From Eledone cirrhosa (Eukaryota), in NCBI GenBank assembly GCA_964016885.1, contig OZ024744.1:127410001-127474000 (forward strand): a stretch of DNA of 64,000 nucleotides. Reading direction: 5' to 3'. Positions 59,501 to 64,000 of this stretch are shown piece by piece. The stretch's first letter is position 1, and each line of letters begins with the position of its first letter. The position numbers and the translations under genes were made by a program. Under the pieces are notes generated by a model, which was given only the letters and a program-made list of their open reading frames with translations, did no database searches and was not told the origin of the DNA.

Positions 59501-62500
59501 GTTAAGTTGGGGGTAAGTTAAGTTGGGGGCAAGTTAAGTTGGGGTTAAGTTAAAGTTGGGGTTAAGTTAAGTTGGGGTAAATTTAAGTTAGGGTTAAGTT
59601 AAGTTGGGGTTAAGTTAAGTTGGGGTTAAATTAAGTTGGGGTTCAGTTAAGTTGGGGTTAAATTAAGTTGGGGTTAAATTAAGTTGGGGTTAAGTTAAGT
59701 GGGGGTTAAGGTAAGTTGGGGTTATGTTAAGTTGGGGCTAAGTTAAGTTGGGGCTAAGTTAAGTTGGGGCTGAGTTAAGTTGGGGTTAAGTTAAGTTGGG
59801 GTTGAGTTAAGTTGGGGTTAAGTTAAGTTGGGATTAAGTTAAGTTGGGGTTGAGTTAAGTTCGGCTTGAGTTAAGTTGGGGTTAAGTTAAGTTGGGGTTA
59901 ATTTAAGTTGGGGTTAAGTTAAGTTGGGGTTAAGATAAGTTGGGGTTAAGTTAAGTTGGGGTTAAGTTAAGTTGGGGTTGAGTTAATTTGGGGTTAAGTT
60001 AAGTTGGGGCTAACTTAAGTTGGGGTTAAGTTGGGGTTAAGTTAAGTTGGGGGTAGGTTAAGTTGGGGGCAAGTTTAGTTGGGGTTAAGGTAAGTTGGGG
60101 TTAAGTTAAGTTGGGGGTAAGTTAAGTCGGGGTTAAGTTAAGTTGGGGTTAAGTTAAGTTGGGTTTAAGTTAAGTTGGGGCTAAGTTAAGTTGGGGCTAA
60201 GTTAAGTTGGGGCTGAGTTAAGTTGGGGGTAAGTTAAGTTGGGTGTAAGGTAAGTTGGGGTTAAGTTAAGTTGGGGTTAATTTAAGTTGGGGTTGAGTTA
60301 ATTTGGGTTTAAGTTAAGTTGGGCTTAACTTAAGTTGGGGTTAAGTTGGGGTTAAGTTAAGTTGGGGTTAAGTTAAGTTGGGGGTAAGTTAAGTTGGGGG
60401 CAATTAAGTTGGGGTTAATTTAAGTTGGGGTTAAGTTAAGTTGGGGTTATGTTAAGTTGGGGTTAAGTTAAGTTGGGGTTAAGTTAAGTTGGGGGTAACT
60501 TAAGTTGGGGTTAAGTTAAGTTGAGGGTAAGTTAAGTTGAGGGTAAGTTAAGTTGAGGTTAAGTTAAGTTGGGGTTAAGTTAAGTTGGGGTTAAGTTAAG
60601 TTGGGGTTAAATTAAGTTGGGGTTAAGTTAAGTTGGGGTTAAGTTAAGTTGGGGTTAAATTAAGTTGGGGTTCAGTTAAGTTGGGGTTAAATTAAGTTGG
60701 GGTTAAGTTAAGTTGGGGTTAGTTAAGTTGGGGTTAAGTTAAGTTGGGGTTAAGTTAAGTTGGGGTTAAGTTAAGTTGGGGTTAAGTTAAGTTGGCGTTA
60801 AGTTAAGTTGGGGTTAAGTTAAGTTGGGGTTAAATTAAGTTGGGGTTAAGTTAAGTTGGGGTTAATTTAAGTTGGGGTTAAGTTAAGTTGGGGTTAAGTT
60901 AAGTTGGAGTTAAGTCAAGTTGGGGTTAAGTCAAGTTGGGGTTAAGTCAAGTTGGGGTTAAGTCAAGTTGGGGTTAAGTTAAGTTGGGGTTAAGTTAAGT
61001 TGGGGTTAAGTTAAGTTGGGGTTATGTTAAGTTGGGGGTAAGTTAAGTTGAGGGTAAGTTAAGTCGGGGTTAAGTTAAGTTGGGGTTAAATTAAGTTGGG
61101 GGTAAGTTAAGTTGGGGGTAAGTTAAGTTGGGGTTAAGTTAAGTTGGGGTTAAATTAAGTTGAGGTTAAGTTAAGTTGGGGGTAAGATAAGTTGGTCCTA
61201 AGTTAAGTTGGGGCTAAGTCAAGTTGGGGTTAAGTCAAGTTGAGGTTAACTTAAGTTGGGGTTAAGTTAAGTTGGGGTTAAGTTAAGTCGGGGTTAAGTT
61301 AAGTTGGGGTTAAGGTAAGTTGGGGTTATGTTAAGTTGGGGCTAAGTTAAGTTGGGGCTAAGTTAAGTTGGGGCTGAGTTAAGTTGGGGTTAAGTTAAGT
61401 TGGGGTTGAGTTAAGTTGGGGTTAAGTTAAGTTGGGGTTAATTTAAGTTGGGGTTAAGTTAAGTTGGGGTTAAGATAAGTTGGGGTTAAGTTAAGTTGGG
61501 GTTAAGTTAAGTTGGGGTTGAGTTAATTTGGGGTTAAGTTAAGTTGGGGTTAACTTAAGTTGGGGTTAAGTTGGGGTTAAGTTAAGTTGGGGGTAGGTTA
61601 AGTTGGGGGCAAGTTAAGTTGGGGTTAAGTTAAGTTGGGGTTAAGTTAAGTTGGGGGTAAGTTAAGTCGGGGTTAAGTTAAGTTGGGGTTTAGTTAAGTT
61701 GGGTTTAAGTTAAGTTGGGGCTAAGTTAAGTTGGGGCTAAGTTAAGTTGGGGCTGAGTTAAGTAGGGGGTAAGTTAAGTTGGGGGTAAGATAAGTTGGTC
61801 CTAAGTTAAGTAGGGGCTAAGTCAAGTTGGGGTTAAGTCAAGTTGAGGTTAACTTAAGTTGGGGTTAAGTTAAGTTGGGGTTAAGTTAAGTCGGGGTTAA
61901 GTTAAGTTGGGGTTAAGTTAAGTTGGGGTTATGTTAAGTTGGGGCTAAGTTAAGTTGGGGCTAAGTTAAGTTGGGGCTGAGTTAAGTTGGGGTTAAGTTA
62001 AGTTGGGGTTGAGTTAAGTTGGGGTTAAGTTAAGTTGGGGTTAATTTAAGTTGGGGTTAAGTTAAGTTGGGGTTAAGATAAGTTGGGGTTAAGTTAAGTT
62101 GGGGTTAAGTTAAGTTGGGGTTGAGTTAATTTGGGGTTAAGTTAAGTTGGGGTTAAGATAAGTTGGGGTTAAGTTAAGTTGGGGTTAAGTTAAGTTGGGG
62201 TTGAGTTAATTTGGGGTTAAGTTAAGTTGGGGTTAACTTAAGTTGGGGTTAAGTTGGGGTTAAGTTAAGTTGGGGGTAGGTTAAGTTGGGGGCAAGTTAA
62301 GTTGGGGTTAAGTTAAGTTGGGGTTAAGTTAAGTTGGGGGTAAGTTAAGTCGGGGTTAAGTTAACTTGGGGTTAAGTTAAGTTGGGGCTAAGTTAAGTTG
62401 GGGCTGAGTTAAGTTGGGGGTAAGTTAAGTTGGGTGTAAGTTAAGTTGGGGTTAAGTTAAGTTGGGGTTCAGTTCAGTTGGGGTTAAGTTAAGTTGGGGT

Positions 62501-64000
62501 TAAGTTAAGCTGGGGTTAAGTTAAGTTGGGGTTAAGTTAAGTTGGGGTTAAGTTAAGTTGGGGTTAAGTTAAGTTGGGGTTGAGTTAAGTTGGGGTTGAG
62601 TTAAGTTGGGGTTAAGTTAAGTTGGGGTTAAGTTAAGTTGGGGTTAAGTTAAGTTGGGGGTAAGTTAAGTTGGGGGCAAGTTAAGTTAGGGTTAAGTTAA
62701 AGTTGGGGTTAAGTTAAGTTGGGGTAAATTTAAGTTAGGGTTAAGTTAAGTTGGGGTTAAGTTAAGTTGGGGTTAAATTAAGTTGGGGTTCAGTTAAGTT
62801 GGGGTTAAATTAAGTTGGGGTTAAATTAAGTTGGGGTTAAGTTAAGTGGGGGTTAAGGTAAGTTGGGGTTATGTTAAGTTGGGGCTAAGTTAAGTTGGGG
62901 CTAAGTTAAGTTGGGGCTGAGTTAAGTTGGGGTTAAGTTAAGTTGGGGTTGAGTTAAGTTGGGGTTAAGTTAAGTTGGGATTAAGTTAAGTTGGGGTTGA
63001 GTTAAGTTCGGCTTGAGTTAAGTTGGGGTTAAGTTAAGTTGGGGTTAATTTAAGTTGGGGTTAAGTTAAGTTGGGGTTAAGATAAGTTGGGGTTAAGTTA
63101 AGTTGGGGTTAAGTTAAGTTGGGGTTGAGTTAATTTGGGGTTAAGTTAAGTTGGGGCTAACTTAAGTTGGGGTTAAGTTGGGGTTAAGTTAAGTTGGGGG
63201 TAGGTTAAGTTGGGGGCAAGTTAAGTTGGGGTTAAGGTAAGTTGGGGTTAAGTTAAGTTGGGGGTAAGTTAAGTCGGGGTTAAGTTAAGTTGGGGTTAAG
63301 TTAAGTTGGGTTTAAGTTAAGTTGGGGCTAAGTTAAGTTGGGGCTAAGTTAAGTTGGGGCTGAGTTAAGTTGGTGGTAAGTTAAGTTGGGTGTAAGGTAA
63401 GTTGGGGTTAAGTTAAGTTGGGGTTAATTTAAGTTGGGGTTGAGTTAATTTGGGTTTAAGTTAAGTTGGGCTTAACTTAAGTTGGGGTTAAGTTGGGGTT
63501 AAGTTAAGTTGGGGTTAAGTTAAGTTGGGGGTAAGTTAAGTTGGGGGCAATTAAGTTGGGGTTAATTTAAGTTGGGGTTAAGTTAAGTTGGGGTTATGTT
63601 AAGTTGGGGTTAAGTTAAGTTGGGGTTAAGTTAAGTTGGGGGTAACTTAAGTTGGGGTTAAGTTAAGTTGAGGGTAAGTTAAGTTGAGGGTAAGTTAAGT
63701 TGAGGTTAAGTTAAGTTGGGGTTAAGTTAAGTTGGGGTTAAGTTAAGTTGGGGTTAAATTAAGTTGGGGTTAAGTTAAGTTGGGGTTAAGTTAAGTTGGG
63801 GTTAAATTAAGTTGGGGTTCAGTTAAGTTGGGGTTAAATTAAGTTGGGGTTAAGTTAAGTTAGGGTTAGTTAAGTTGGGGTTAAGTTAAGTTGGGGTTAA
63901 GTTAAGTTGGGGTTAAGTTAAGTTGGGGTTAAGTTAAGTTGGCGTTAAGTTAAGTTGGGGTTAAGTTAAGTTGGGGTTAAATTAAGTTGGGGTTAAGTTA
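35570..64000 (+). repeat. Large higher-order repeat: ~12 kb unit (35.6-47.5 kb), a ~6.7 kb internally deleted copy (47.5-54.3 kb) and a third copy (54.3 kb to window end)
   Basis: GAGGTTAAGTGAAG near 35685/47630/54388. GCTACGTCAA at 39491/57134, TATCTTAAG at 40111/57754 and TTGGTCC at 40402/58045 are all offset 17643. Sequence lines 43981-45240 and 50701-51960 are essentially identical (offset 6720). Confidence 0.85.
57874..64000 (+). repeat. Near-identical 3147-bp tandem duplication, each copy with an internal 603-bp duplication
   Basis: TTGGTCCTAAG at 58045, 58648, 61192 and 61795 (spacings 603 and 3147). GTTATGTTAAGTTGGGGGTAAGTTAAGTTGAGGG at 57874/61021. Confidence 0.88.

Larger units (their letters stand above)
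1..64000 (+). repeat. Tandem satellite array, 16-bp consensus TTAAGTTAAGTTGGGG (~4,000 monomers), G-rich on + strand, running off both window ends
   Basis: The monomer is visible throughout. Variants are mostly single substitutions (TTGAG, TCAAG, GGCG, GAGG, TTATG, TTAAC) plus 11-, 15- and 17-bp length variants. No unique sequence was seen. Confidence 0.99.

Noticed and set aside
1-64000. Protein-coding repeat ORF on either strand
   Set aside because: TAA occurs twice per monomer on both strands and the 16-bp period cycles it through all frames. A TAA-reassigned (ciliate-type) code would open the consensus, but there is no unique sequence or codon-like constraint, and TTGAG variants add TGA on the + strand.
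1-64000. CRISPR array or other repeat-spacer system
   Set aside because: There are no unique spacers, leader or cas genes. Monomers abut directly.
1-64000. Thousands of TTAA tetranucleotides as piggyBac target sites or excision footprints
   Set aside because: TTAA is intrinsic to the monomer, and no inserted element or transposon end is present.
1-64000. Variant order as an information-bearing code or a novel gene system
   Set aside because: The recurrence of variant strings is explained by nested duplication. Nothing in the sequence indicates function for the order.
1-64000. Pure sequencing-error noise or a synthetic repeat
   Set aside because: Variants recur in the same order at consistent kb-scale offsets, which random error would not produce. 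The copy number of near-identical blocks still needs read-level validation.

Overview
The whole 64 kb window is one uninterrupted, strand-asymmetric tandem satellite. The consensus monomer is 16 bp, TTAAGTTAAGTTGGGG = (TTAAG)2 + TTGGGG, with roughly 4,000 copies and a G/T-rich + strand almost free of C. I found no protein-coding gene, RNA gene, transposon or CRISPR array: TAA occurs twice per monomer on both strands, and the 16-bp period carries it through all frames. Rare monomer variants act as barcodes and show nested higher-order duplications of about 49 bp, 0.3, 0.6, 2.3, 2.8-3.5, 6.7 and 12 kb. The variant set changes near 35 kb, dividing the array into two domains. The only breaks in orientation are two identical copies (about 8.2 and 11.2 kb) of a complex scar: a 29-bp direct duplication followed by a ~70-bp inverted segment whose template lies 115 bp downstream in unrearranged copies. 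The monomer looks telomere-like, but organism, chromosomal position and function cannot be determined from this window. Offsets were read by eye and block boundaries are approximate.
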